Shown here: positions 18,589-28,028 of the stretch, in pieces
Position numbering within the stretch: the stretch's first letter is position 1
Layout of the letters: each line of letters opens with the position of its first letter
From: Alphaproteobacteria bacterium
GTDB lineage: Bacteria; Pseudomonadota; Alphaproteobacteria; Sphingomonadales; Sphingomonadaceae
DNA length: 41,263 bases
Assembly: GCA_031412175.1 (NCBI GenBank)
Contig: JANOCM010000134.1
Location: 1 to 41,263 of the forward strand
Reading direction: 5' to 3'
Notes under the pieces: generated by a model
Databases searched by the model: none
What the model was told of the DNA's origin: nothing
Seen by the model: the letters and a program-made list of their open reading frames with translations, nothing else
Translations under genes and position numbers: made by a program

Positions 18589-19941
18589 TCACGCCGCGAT
18601 CCTGTCCTGCATCGCAATTGTGCGCTGCATCGTCGCCATGGTGAACGGGCTGTCAGGCTTCGTCGCCTGGCGCTCGGCAGCGAGCGCTGTCGCTAGTGCC
18701 ACGTCGCCTGCTGCCTCGGCGGCCGCCAGCAGCGTCAACGACAGCAGGTCGCGCTGGGCATTGCTGCCACCGATGCGGTGCGCCCGCGGCCGCACCGCGA
18801 GCAGCAGTTCGGCGGCGTTGCCGGGTTCGTTGCCGGCGAATGCATAGATCGCCTTGATCAAAGGTAACCCGATTTCAGCAGCAACCGCCGCGTGGCGGCT
18901 GTTGCCGCGTGCCAGCGCCTCCACCGCAGCAAGATGGTCCGAAGCGCGATCAAGCCGCCCGGCGCCGGCAAAGGCCACCGCCGCATGGAGATCGTTGAAC
19001 ACCTGGTAGCTGGTGCCCGGCTGCCATGACAGCGACGCCTGCCAGGCGTCGGCGACGGGCAGGAACCGCGCCCGCACATCGATGCCGCGCAGGTGCAGCC
19101 GCCACAACAGCGCCGCCGCATCGACAAGCTCGAGCGCCGGAGCGCCTTCGCCCCTGGCGATGTTGCGGTCATAGATCTGCAGCACCTCGTCGATGGCGCC
19201 AATCTCGAGGTGGAACAGCGCCAGATGCCACCAATTGTGGTAAGCAAGCATGTTGTCGGGCGCCCAGTCGTCAGCGCGGCCGGTTAGAAAAGCGATGCCG
19301 TCGCCGGTGCGGCCTTCCATTTCGGCGACATGGGCGACGGCGTGGACCGCCCAGGCGTCGCCGCTGTCGCGCGCCAAGGCTTTCAGCCCGGCCTCGAGCG
19401 CCGCGGCGAACTGGTTGTTCTCCTCCAGCCCGAAGGCGAGCATGCCGTCGACAAAGCCGCGGCCGGGCATGTCGTCCGACCAGAATGGCAGTGCGCGGGC
19501 GATGCGATCGCGCAATTCGCTGGTGCGGCCGGTGAAGAAATCGACTTGCTGGCCGACCTGCAGCGCAAGCAGATCGGTTGGGAAGCGCGCCGTCAGCACG
19601 GTGTAGGCTTCGGCGGCGCCAAGGAAATCGCGGCGGGCCCAGGCCGACAGCGCCTGCAGGTGCAACCGTTCGCGCGTCGTCGCCCGATTGGATGCCGCCA
19701 TCGCCAACGCCAGCGAATGCTTGAGTTCAGGCTCGGCGGCTGGCTCGGCGGCCATCAGGAACAGCGTCGCGCGTAGCACATGCCCCATGACCAGGCCGGG
19801 ATGTTCGGCAGTCAGCGCATCGGCAGCAGCAAGCGGGTCGAGCCGGAAGGCAGCAAGCGTCAGCAGCGCACGATCGAGGCTGTCGGCCGCGGAGCGGCTG
19901 CCACCGGTGAGGCTGTTCCCCTGAGCGTCGGTAATCTTCAT
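18589..19941 (-). CDS. TTC38-like tetratricopeptide repeat protein
   Basis: GMLAFGLEE, DAWAVHAVAHVAEM, HNWWHLALF, DAAALLWRL, FNDLH and IGGSNAQRD match TTC38-family motifs as I recall them. Confidence 0.88.
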   Translation of the reverse strand: MKITDAQGNSLTGGSRSAADSLDRALLTLAAFRLDPLAAADALTAEHPGLVMGHVLRATLFLMAAEPAAEPELKHSLALAMAASNRATTRERLHLQALSAWARRDFLGAAEAYTVLTARFPTDLLALQVGQQVDFFTGRTSELRDRIARALPFWSDDMPGRGFVDGMLAFGLEENNQFAAALEAGLKALARDSGDAWAVHAVAHVAEMEGRTGDGIAFLTGRADDWAPDNMLAYHNWWHLALFHLEIGAIDEVLQIYDRNIARGEGAPALELVDAAALLWRLHLRGIDVRARFLPVADAWQASLSWQPGTSYQVFNDLHAAVAFAGAGRLDRASDHLAAVEALARGNSRHAAVAAEIGLPLIKAIYAFAGNEPGNAAELLLAVRPRAHRIGGSNAQRDLLSLTLLAAAEAAGDVALATALAAERQATKPDSPFTMATMQRTIAMQDRIAA

Positions 19942-19989
19942 CGCAGGTTTCCTTGAACGCAAGTTATCACATGGTAGCGCGCCTTGCCA

Positions 19990-20127
19990 TCAGGCGAGGC
20001 GCGCAGCAGCCGGGGCGTCGCCGCTGGCAGCGATCTCGAGCAGCGCAACGCTGCCGCCGACCGAGCCGATGCAGAGCAGCAGCGCAACGACGAACCCCAG
20101 GGTTCGGGCGTGGTTCTGGTAACACAT
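19990..20127 (-). CDS. 45-aa single-pass membrane or secreted peptide
   Basis: GGAGA RBS 6 nt before ATG. Product MCYQNHARTLGFVVALLLCIGSVGGSVALLEIAASGDAPAAARLA. Lies between the predicted promoter and the TPR gene. Confidence 0.6.
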   Translation of the reverse strand: MCYQNHARTLGFVVALLLCIGSVGGSVALLEIAASGDAPAAARLA

Positions 20128-20180
20128 GATGGTTCTCCATTTGTCAGCCGGCGGGAAAGTCCCGTTCGGCGACACTGGCA

Positions 20181-20236
20181 ATAGTAAGAAAGCGTAAACC
20201 CGGCCGCCGTCGCAGCGTGAAAATGGCGTGAAAATG
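20181..20236 (-). promoter_or_regulatory. Candidate SARP/OmpR-type direct-repeat binding site and -10 box
   Basis: GCGTGAAAATG occurs twice with 11-bp period (20215-20236). A related CGTAA lies at 20193, and minus-strand TACTAT at 20181-20186. Confidence 0.6.
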
Positions 20237-20317
20237 TGCCGTCGCCAGCGACCGTGAAATTTTTGTGCCGATCGGTTAAGAGCGACGGCACTGGCTGACC
20301 ACCGCAGGAACCCGGCG

Positions 20318-23300
20318 TTGCTCGACCTCGAAATCCTCGGCGGATTCACCCTCCGCGACTCGCAGGGCGCGCCGCTGGCGCTGCCCAAGAAAGCGCGTGC
20401 GCTGCTCGCCTATCTGGCGCTCGCCGAAGGCCGGCCGCAGCCGCGCGAACGCCTGGCGGCGCTGTTGTGGGAAGACGGCGCCGACGATCAGGCGCGCACC
20501 AACCTGCGGCAATCGTTGGCAGTGTTGCGCCGCAGCGTCCCCGGTGCCGGCTGGCTGGTAGCCGATCTCGATGCGGTCGCCATCGATCCGGCTGCCTTCC
20601 GCATCGATGCCGTTCGTTTCCAGGCGCTGGCGGCGGGTGATGCGGCGCAACAGGCGGAAGCGGCGGCGCTGTATCGCGGTGACCTGCTCGACAGCCTGCA
20701 CATCGTCGAATCGGGCTTCGAAAGCTGGCTCGCCGCCGAACGGGCGCGGTTGCGCGACACTGCGATCCGCCTGCTGGAAACAACGGCAGCGGCGGCACTC
20801 GCCGATCGCCGCACCGATGCGGCGCTGGCGCTGGCCGGGCGGCTGGTGGCGCTCGATCCGCTGCACGAGGCGGGTTGCCGGCTGGCGATGCAGGCGTGCG
20901 TGCAGGCCGGCCGCACGGGTGAGGCGCTGCGCCAGTATCGCCAGCTGCAGGCGCGCCTGCGCCGCGACCTCGGCGTGGCTCCCGAGGCGGAGACGACGGC
21001 GCTCCACCATGACATTGCCGGGCGCCGCCGCCAGCGCGCAACCCCTCGCGTGGCAGTGGGCGAGCATGACCCGGACGATGCTGCGCCGCCGGACGCCCCT
21101 GCCGAAGCGCCGGCGCGCGCTGCCGATCCGGTGCAGGCGCGGCGCGAGTTGCGGCGCATGGCGGTGCTGTCGGCCGGCATCGCCGGCTATGCGCGGCTGT
21201 CGGCCGAATGCGATCTCGAACATCTCCACCGCCTGCTCGCCGCCTGGCACGCGGCGATCGCCGAGGAAACCGCGCGCGCCGGCGGTGTCGTCCACGAAAC
21301 CATGGGCGACACCGCGCTGGCGGTGTTCGGTCGCGACCGCGCCAGCGACGACGATCCGGCGCGAGCGCTGGCGGCGGCGCTGGCGATCCACCGCCGGATG
21401 CCCGCGCTCGCCGCAGCCGTCGGCACGACGCTGCAGGCCCGCATCGGGCTCGCCGCTGGCCCGATGTTGTTGACCGAGGCCGGCACCGGCAATGCCATCA
21501 TCGGCGAGGCGATGACCGCCGCCGCCAATCTGCGGGCATTGGCCGAACCCGGCGCCACGCTGATGGCCGACGCCTTTCGCGCCGAAATCGGCGACACCTT
21601 CCGCGCCGAGATCGGCGATGCCGCGGGCGCCGCGCCGCCGCCGCTTTTTGGCCGCGCCGCCGAACAGCGCCAACTGACCGGGCTGCTGGCCATCGTATGC
21701 AGCGGCGCCGGGGCGTCGGTATGCCTGCGCGGCGAGCCCGGCATCGGCAAGTCGCGCCTCGCCGATGCCATCATTGCGGCGGCGCGCGATCGCGGTGTCG
21801 CGGTCCATTGCGCCCAGCTCGCCGATTTCGGCCCCTTGTCGACCCAGTCGCCGCGGCGGCAGCTGGCGCGCAGCCTGCTCGGCCTCGACGGCGGCGACGG
21901 GCTCGACGACGGACTCGAACGCAACCCGTTTGCCCTGGCGCTCGGCGCGGCGCGGCTGCCGTGGCTCTACCAGTTGACCGGCAGCGCTGCGCCGCGCAAG
22001 CTGGGCCACCAGGTCGAAGCTAACCTGGCTGCCGATCCGGCCGCTGCGCGCGCGGAAAGTTTCCGGCTGCTGCTCGGCACCGCCGCCGCCGAAACGCCGC
22101 TGCTGCTGGTCGTCGAGGACGTCCATTGGGCGACCCCCGACGCGCTGCGCCAGCTCGCCGACCTGACCCATGCCGTCGAGACGCTGCCGGTGCTGCTGAT
22201 GCTGACCAGCCGGTCCGAGCCCGACCAGCTCGATCTTGCCTGGCGCGCCACCGCCGGCGCGCTGATCACCATCGACTTGCGGCCGCTGGCCGAAAGCGAT
22301 TCGACGGCGCTGGCGCAGGATTTCGCCGGCGTGCCCGCGGAAGCCGCCGCCACCTGCGTGGCGCGCGCCAACGGCAATCCGCTGTTCCTCACCCAGTTGC
22401 TAGCGGCGGTCCGCGATGGCGCCAGTGCCGCGACGGCGCTGCCCGGCAGTGTCCAGAGCCTCACCCTCGGCCGCATGGATGGGCTCGGCGCCGCCGAACG
22501 CCACGCGCTGCGCGCCGCCGCGGTGCTCGGCCAACGGGTGCCGATCGCTGCCGTCGCGGCGGTCGCCGATCTCGACGGCTATGCGCCGTCGCCGGCGGTG
22601 CTCGGCACGCTCGTCACCAGCGACGGCGAACGTCTCAGGTTCGTCCATGCGCTGGTCCGCGACGCCATCTATGCCAGCCTGCTCGAATCCGAACGCGCTG
22701 CGCTGCATCGCGCCGCCGCCGCGTGGTACCACGGCCGCGACGTCGATCTCGTCGCCGAACACCTCGCCGGCGCGCGCGAGCCGGATGCCGCCGCCGCCTT
22801 TGCCGCGGCGGCGAATGCGGCGCTCGCCCGGCACCGCGCCGACAAGGCGCTGGCGGCGGTGGCGCGGGGGCTCGCGCTGGCCGGCGACGGCGCGGCGGGT
22901 GCCGCCGATCGCCACCGCCTGAAGCTCGTCGAATCGGCAGCGCGGGCGCGGGCGCTCGATCTCGCCGGCGCCGCCGATGCCGCCGTGGCCGCTGCTGCCG
23001 ACGCGCCCGATCCGCTTGGCCGCGCCCAGGCGCTGATCCTGCAGGCGACAGCACTCAGCGGCCGGCAGCAGGCCGACGCGGCGCTTGCCGTCCTTGGCGA
23101 AGCCGAGGCCGCCGCCGGCGATGTTGCCGGCAGCGGCAGCGCCACGACCGCCCATGCCGAAACGCTGGCGCGCATCCACGCGCTGCGCGGCAACATCCAC
23201 TTCCCACTCGGCCGCCTCGACGTCTGCCTCGATGCCCATCGCCAGTCGCTGCTCTGGTCGAAACGCGCCGGCACCGCGATCGCCGAGGCCGGGGCGCTCG

Positions 23301-24175
23301 TCGGCCTCGCCTGGGCGCACTACCAGCGCGGCGATTTCGCCGCCGGCGAGCGCGAGGCCAGCGCCTGCCTCGCCATCGCCGGCGACGATGCCTTCGATCG
23401 CATCCGGCTGTCGGCACTGCGCGTGCGCGCCGTCTGCCGGGTATTCCTGCTTGCCCATGCCGGCGGCCTCGACGATGCCACCGCCGCCATCGCCTTGGCG
23501 CGTGAGCAGGGCGACGTCGTCAACGAATGCCTCGCCCGTACCACCGCCGGCACTATCCATCTCGAGCAATGGCAGCATGACGCGGCGCTGGCGATGGTCG
23601 AGCCGGCGCTGCAACTTGGCGACAGGCTCGGCGCCATCGGGCTGGATGCAGCACCCCTGTGGGTCAAGGGCACCGCCGTCGGCGCGCTGGGCGACGGAGC
23701 CGCGGCACGCGCGATCCTCGAACAGGCGCGGGCGCAGGGGCTGCGCGGCAAGGCGATCCGCTTCGCAGTGCCGCGCATCATTGGCACGCTGGCGTTCTTT
23801 GTGCCCGCGGCGCGCCGCCCCGAACTCGTCGCCGAGGGCGAGGCGCTGCTCGCCCGCGCCGGTGTCGCGCATTCGGCCTTCGGCTTCTACGGCTCGCTCG
23901 TCCATATCGGCCTGCGCGATGCCGATTGGGACCTCGCCGACCGTTGCGCCGCCGGGCTGGCGCGCTACGCCGGGCCCGATCCGGCGCCTTGGGCGGCGGC
24001 GCTGGTGACCATGACGAGATTGTTCGCGGCAGTTGGCCGTGGCGAGGCCGATGCCGAAACCGCCGCCGCCGCCGCGCGCTTCCACGCCGATGCCCGCCGC
24101 AACCGCGCGCTTCACTGGCTGCGCCCGGCCATGACCGCGGTCGAGGCCCACGCGACCATCGGCGTGACGCCGTGA
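20318..24175 (+). CDS. SARP-type wHTH + BTAD + class III cyclase-like + STAND ATPase + TPR transcriptional regulator
   Basis: KARALLAYLAL, REwHTH-type RERLAALLW, ARTNLRQSL, ALYRGDLL, LDPLHE, GDTALAVFG, RIGL, Walker A GEPGIGKS, Walker B LLVVEDVHWA, GNPL, helical C-terminus. TTG start is uncertain. Confidence 0.9.
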   Translation: MLDLEILGGFTLRDSQGAPLALPKKARALLAYLALAEGRPQPRERLAALLWEDGADDQARTNLRQSLAVLRRSVPGAGWLVADLDAVAIDPAAFRIDAVRFQALAAGDAAQQAEAAALYRGDLLDSLHIVESGFESWLAAERARLRDTAIRLLETTAAAALADRRTDAALALAGRLVALDPLHEAGCRLAMQACVQAGRTGEALRQYRQLQARLRRDLGVAPEAETTALHHDIAGRRRQRATPRVAVGEHDPDDAAPPDAPAEAPARAADPVQARRELRRMAVLSAGIAGYARLSAECDLEHLHRLLAAWHAAIAEETARAGGVVHETMGDTALAVFGRDRASDDDPARALAAALAIHRRMPALAAAVGTTLQARIGLAAGPMLLTEAGTGNAIIGEAMTAAANLRALAEPGATLMADAFRAEIGDTFRAEIGDAAGAAPPPLFGRAAEQRQLTGLLAIVCSGAGASVCLRGEPGIGKSRLADAIIAAARDRGVAVHCAQLADFGPLSTQSPRRQLARSLLGLDGGDGLDDGLERNPFALALGAARLPWLYQLTGSAAPRKLGHQVEANLAADPAAARAESFRLLLGTAAAETPLLLVVEDVHWATPDALRQLADLTHAVETLPVLLMLTSRSEPDQLDLAWRATAGALITIDLRPLAESDSTALAQDFAGVPAEAAATCVARANGNPLFLTQLLAAVRDGASAATALPGSVQSLTLGRMDGLGAAERHALRAAAVLGQRVPIAAVAAVADLDGYAPSPAVLGTLVTSDGERLRFVHALVRDAIYASLLESERAALHRAAAAWYHGRDVDLVAEHLAGAREPDAAAAFAAAANAALARHRADKALAAVARGLALAGDGAAGAADRHRLKLVESAARARALDLAGAADAAVAAAADAPDPLGRAQALILQATALSGRQQADAALAVLGEAEAAAGDVAGSGSATTAHAETLARIHALRGNIHFPLGRLDVCLDAHRQSLLWSKRAGTAIAEAGALVGLAWAHYQRGDFAAGEREASACLAIAGDDAFDRIRLSALRVRAVCRVFLLAHAGGLDDATAAIALAREQGDVVNECLARTTAGTIHLEQWQHDAALAMVEPALQLGDRLGAIGLDAAPLWVKGTAVGALGDGAAARAILEQARAQGLRGKAIRFAVPRIIGTLAFFVPAARRPELVAEGEALLARAGVAHSAFGFYGSLVHIGLRDADWDLADRCAAGLARYAGPDPAPWAAALVTMTRLFAAVGRGEADAETAAAAARFHADARRNRALHWLRPAMTAVEAHATIGVTP

Positions 24176-24366
24176 CGTACACCGACCGATGATCGGCCAT
24201 GGCTTGGCCGAGGCGGCGGATGAAAACCTCGGCATTGGCAGCGGGCTGCATGTCGGGAAGTGCCGGCTCGGGCCTCAGGGTCAGTATCCAAAAGCCAACG
24301 GCAATGGGCAGCGATAGCCGGAGTTTTGCTTGGCGCTGGCGCGCGGCACGCGCGGCACCAGCCGGT

Positions 24367-24648
24367 TCACGGCGACGCGCCGGCCGTAAGGTCGAGAACG
24401 ACGATTTGAATAAGCGGGCGGCGGCTCTCCGGAATCCGCTCTGCGAGCAGCGCCCGCATCGCGTCGGCGGTCGCGGACGCCGCAACCCCGTCGGGGTGCG
24501 CCTTGAGGCACCGGTTCGTCGCGGACGGCAGGTCCCCGAACCAGAGCGCGCGATAGATACCGCGCTGCTCCGAACGCCAGCTGGTCAGGCACTGCAGGTC
24601 GAGCTGGCCGGTCGCGGCGTCCCAGGCATCCGCAAGCCACGGCCCCTT
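24367..24648 (-). pseudogene. 3' remnant resembling the C-terminal nuclease-like domain of large NACHT/STAND proteins
   Basis: KGPWLADAWDAATGQLDLQCLTSWRSEQRGIYRALWFG...IQIVVLDLT resembles a KGQW..W.AA..QL...Y..DWR....GIY.VLWFG...VVLDL pattern recalled from memory. No credible start codon. Confidence 0.55.
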
Positions 24649-24700
24649 GAACGAACGGACATCAAGCGGTGAGTGGCGCCCCAAGGCGGACGGGCCGGTT

Positions 24701-24760
24701 TACACCATATGCAGTCATTCAGAGTTGGTTATTCGTTCCCCGAAACCGGGCGTCCGTTCA
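24701..24760 (+). repeat. 60-bp junction motif, copy 5
   Basis: tacaccatatgcaGTCATTCA-N17-CCCGAAACCGggcgtccgTTCA. Confidence 0.85.
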
Positions 24761-24833
24761 TATGACGGTGTCGCTGGCTCCGCCAGGCGGTACCAGGAGC
24801 TCGGGCGGATCATCCACATCGCTGTCAGTTCGC

Positions 24834-26192
24834 TCACCCGGTAGAGACGGCACGGGCAGATGCCGGGGTCATATCCTGCCCCCATGATGTGCGCGCCATC
24901 GCCAGGACCGACGCCAGCCCATAGGCGACCAGCGCCAGCCCGATCAGCGCGAAGATCGCCCAGAGATCGGCGCCCTCGCCAAGCAACCACCAGCCGCCGC
25001 CGGCAACAACTGCCAGTCGTAGCGTGCCGGCCAGCACCATGCCGCCGACCCGTCCCGCCGGCATGGAGGCGAAGTACAGGCATATTCCGGCACCAAAGAA
25101 GCCATACGCCGGTCCCACCCAGCGGAAATACTCAGCCGTCGCGGCAAGCGTCGCGCTGTCGCTGGTGAACATCTGCGCCCATAGCGCCGGCCAGATCGCC
25201 AACACGAGCCCGATTATCGCCAAGCCGGCGCTTGCCACCGCCGCTGCTATCCACGCCGCCCGCCGCGCGCGCGCCACCATCCCCGCACCCATCGCCGTGC
25301 CGACGAGGGGCACCGATGCCACCCCGATGGCAAAGGCGATGGGCGTCAACAAAAACTCCAATCGGACGCCGATGCCGAACCCGGCCAGCGCCGTCGCACC
25401 GAAGCCCGCGACCAGTCCATTGAGGATGACGATGGTCAACACTGTCTGAAACGGCGAAATGCACGCTGTCGCCCCGACGCGCAGTATTTCGGCAAAATAG
25501 CGCCAAGCCAGCGGTACCCGCCCCAGCCTGACGCGCGCCCGGCCCGATCGCAGGTACGCAAACAGGAACAGCGCGCCGGCTGAAGCCGCCACGACTTGGC
25601 CGGCCGCGACACCGGGCATTCCCAGCCGTGGCAATGGCCCCAAGCCGAGCCCCAGCGCGCCACCGATGACGATCTGCGCCACCGCCGTGCCGAGCAGCGT
25701 CGCCGAAGGCACGGCCATGTTGCCGGCACCGCGCAGCACGGCGGCAAACAGGTTCTGCAGCCACACTCCGATTGAGCCAAGGAAGGCCACGCCGGCGAAC
25801 GCCACCGCGGCCTGGAGCGCTGGGCCGCGGCCGCCCGTTGCTGCCAGCAGCGCCGGCGCGAACACCAGCATCAACACGGTCGTGGTGCCACCAATGATGA
25901 TGCCGATCCACATGGTGTGCACCGCCAGCGCATCGGCACGCGCCGTGTCGCCTGCGCCCAAGGCGCGCGAGATTGCCGCCGATACGCCACCCCCCATGGC
26001 GCCGGCCGACAGCATCATCTGCAACATGATCAGCGGGAACACCAATGCCATGCCGGCCAACGCCGGCACGCCGAGCGCGCCGACATAGGCGGTTTCCGCG
26101 ATCGCCGCGATGGACCCGGCCAGCATTGCGCCCATGTTGGGCAACGCCAGGCGAAGCAGCGTCGGCAGGATCGGCTCCTCAAGAAGTGCCAT
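24834..26192 (-). CDS. MATE family efflux transporter
   Basis: PILPTLLRLALP, GAMGGGVSAAISRALGAG, RGAGNMAVP, AGFGIGVRLEF. The start could instead be the GTG at 26210. Confidence 0.92.
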   Translation of the reverse strand: MALLEEPILPTLLRLALPNMGAMLAGSIAAIAETAYVGALGVPALAGMALVFPLIMLQMMLSAGAMGGGVSAAISRALGAGDTARADALAVHTMWIGIIIGGTTTVLMLVFAPALLAATGGRGPALQAAVAFAGVAFLGSIGVWLQNLFAAVLRGAGNMAVPSATLLGTAVAQIVIGGALGLGLGPLPRLGMPGVAAGQVVAASAGALFLFAYLRSGRARVRLGRVPLAWRYFAEILRVGATACISPFQTVLTIVILNGLVAGFGATALAGFGIGVRLEFLLTPIAFAIGVASVPLVGTAMGAGMVARARRAAWIAAAVASAGLAIIGLVLAIWPALWAQMFTSDSATLAATAEYFRWVGPAYGFFGAGICLYFASMPAGRVGGMVLAGTLRLAVVAGGGWWLLGEGADLWAIFALIGLALVAYGLASVLAMARTSWGQDMTPASARAVSTG

Positions 26193-26339
26193 GTTGTCCG
26201 TTCGCGCCACACCGCTTCCCCGCATTGTCGCATGCATATTGGGGTGTAGAGGGCAACGAGTCGATGCGGCACCTGATGCAATTGTTTTGTCTGCCATCGA
26301 CCAGCGACTATGGCTGGCATCGATTGGGGGTATGCGACG

Positions 26340-28028
26340 ATGCGCAAGGGCTGGTGGTTGTTTCTGCTCGGGCTGGCGCTGGTCCTGGGCGGAGCGTGGC
26401 AGGCCGGCCGCATTCAGACCGCTGGCGGCATTGTGGTGCACGACGTCCGCTTTCGCTCGCCTGCCGGCACGCAGATGTGCGCGCTGCTCTATGTGCCGCC
26501 GAATGCCACGGCGGCGACGCCGGCGCCGGCCATCCTCGCCGTCCACGGCTATATCAACAGCCGCGAGACGCAGGCCGGCTTCGCCATCGAATTTGCCCGT
26601 CGCGGCTATGTCGTGCTGGCGCTCGACCAGACCGGCCATGGCTATTCAGGCGGCGCGGCGTTTTCCGAGGGCTTTGGCGGCCCGGCCGGACTGGCCTTTC
26701 TTCGCGGACTGCCGATGGTCGACAAGGCCAACATCGGCCTCGAAGGCCATAGCATGGGCGGCTGGACAGTCCTCGCTGCCGCCGCCGCCATGCCCGATGC
26801 CTACCGCGCGATGGTGCTGGAAGGGTCAGCGACCGGCAAGCCGTTTGCCGCCGATGGCACGCCGGCCTGGCCACGCAACCTGGCGCTGGTGTTCAGCCGC
26901 TACGACGAGTTCTCGAAATTGATGTGGGATGTCGACCGCGCACAGGATGTCGCGAGCAGCGCGAAATTACAGGCGCTGTTCGGCACCGCCGCCATCGCGC
27001 CGGGCCGAATCTACGGCAGCATCGCCGCCGGCACGGCCCGCCGCCTGACACAGCCGGTCGCGACCCATCCGGGCGACCACATCAGCCATGCCGCGATCGG
27101 CGATGCAATCGACTGGTTTGGCCGCACGTTGGAGGGTGGCACGCCCCTGCCCGCCGATGACCAGATCTGGTTCGGCAAGGAAGTCGCGACGGGCATCGCG
27201 CTCATCGGCTTCGTCAGCGTGCTCGTCGGCAGTTTCGACCTGTTGCTGGCGCTGCCGGTCTTCGCCGCGCTGCGCCGAGCGCCGCCGCCGGAGTTGCCGC
27301 GCCGCGACCGCCGCTGGTGGCGACAGTTCGCGCTGACGGCGCTGCTGCCGGCCGTCACCTTCTTCCCGGCGTTCATCGCGGTAACGCTGGCGTTGCCGCC
27401 GTCGGCGCTGCTGCCGCAAACGGTCACGACGCAAGTGATGTTCTGGGCTCTGATCAACGCCGGGCTGACACTGCTGCTGTCCCGGTTAGGTCCCCTGGCG
27501 CCGGCGCGTGCGACGCTTCAGTGGCTGCAGGCGGCATTCCTGGCGCTGGCGACAGCGGCCATCGGGTATCTGGCGCTGCTGGCGATGGCGGCGTGGTTCA
27601 CGGTCGATTTCCGGTTCTGGGTGGTAGCACTGAAGCCGCTCAGCCTCGACCAGTTTCGGATCGCGCTGGTCTATCTGGTGCCCATTACCTTTGCCCAGGT
27701 CGTAACGCTACGCGCGCTCGGCCGACTGGCGGTGGCAACGGACGGCTGGCTCTGGCGCTACGTCACTGCAATGCTGGCGCTGGCGGCAGGCTTCCTGCTG
27801 TTGCTTGTCGTCGACTATGGCATCTTCTTCGTGACCGGCCGACTGCCGACGGCGTTCGATCCGTTGACCACCGTCATCGCCATTCAGTTCGTACCGCTGC
27901 TGGCCACCGTTGCAGCTATCGGCACCTTTACCAGGGCACGAACAGGCAGCGCCGTGCCCGGCGGACTGCTATGCGGACTGCTGGTGACTTGGTATGTCGT
28001 TGCAGGTACCGCCACGCAGGTCCCCTGA
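26340..28028 (+). CDS. Alpha/beta hydrolase with multi-pass C-terminal membrane domain
   Basis: N-terminal anchor, HGY oxyanion region, GHSMGG nucleophile elbow, DEF and HPGDH, then several transmembrane segments. Confidence 0.88.
   Translation: MRKGWWLFLLGLALVLGGAWQAGRIQTAGGIVVHDVRFRSPAGTQMCALLYVPPNATAATPAPAILAVHGYINSRETQAGFAIEFARRGYVVLALDQTGHGYSGGAAFSEGFGGPAGLAFLRGLPMVDKANIGLEGHSMGGWTVLAAAAAMPDAYRAMVLEGSATGKPFAADGTPAWPRNLALVFSRYDEFSKLMWDVDRAQDVASSAKLQALFGTAAIAPGRIYGSIAAGTARRLTQPVATHPGDHISHAAIGDAIDWFGRTLEGGTPLPADDQIWFGKEVATGIALIGFVSVLVGSFDLLLALPVFAALRRAPPPELPRRDRRWWRQFALTALLPAVTFFPAFIAVTLALPPSALLPQTVTTQVMFWALINAGLTLLLSRLGPLAPARATLQWLQAAFLALATAAIGYLALLAMAAWFTVDFRFWVVALKPLSLDQFRIALVYLVPITFAQVVTLRALGRLAVATDGWLWRYVTAMLALAAGFLLLLVVDYGIFFVTGRLPTAFDPLTTVIAIQFVPLLATVAAIGTFTRARTGSAVPGGLLCGLLVTWYVVAGTATQVP

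Noticed and set aside
20276-24235. Long antisense and alternate-frame ORFs (e.g. 20276-22171, 22400-24235, 10772-12073, 35858-37075)
   Set aside because: Shadow ORFs expected in high-GC coding DNA. They have no family motifs and overlap well-supported genes.
24834-26639. 601-aa version of the MATE ORF
   Set aside because: The N-terminal extension overlaps the divergent hydrolase gene, and MATE similarity starts near 26192.
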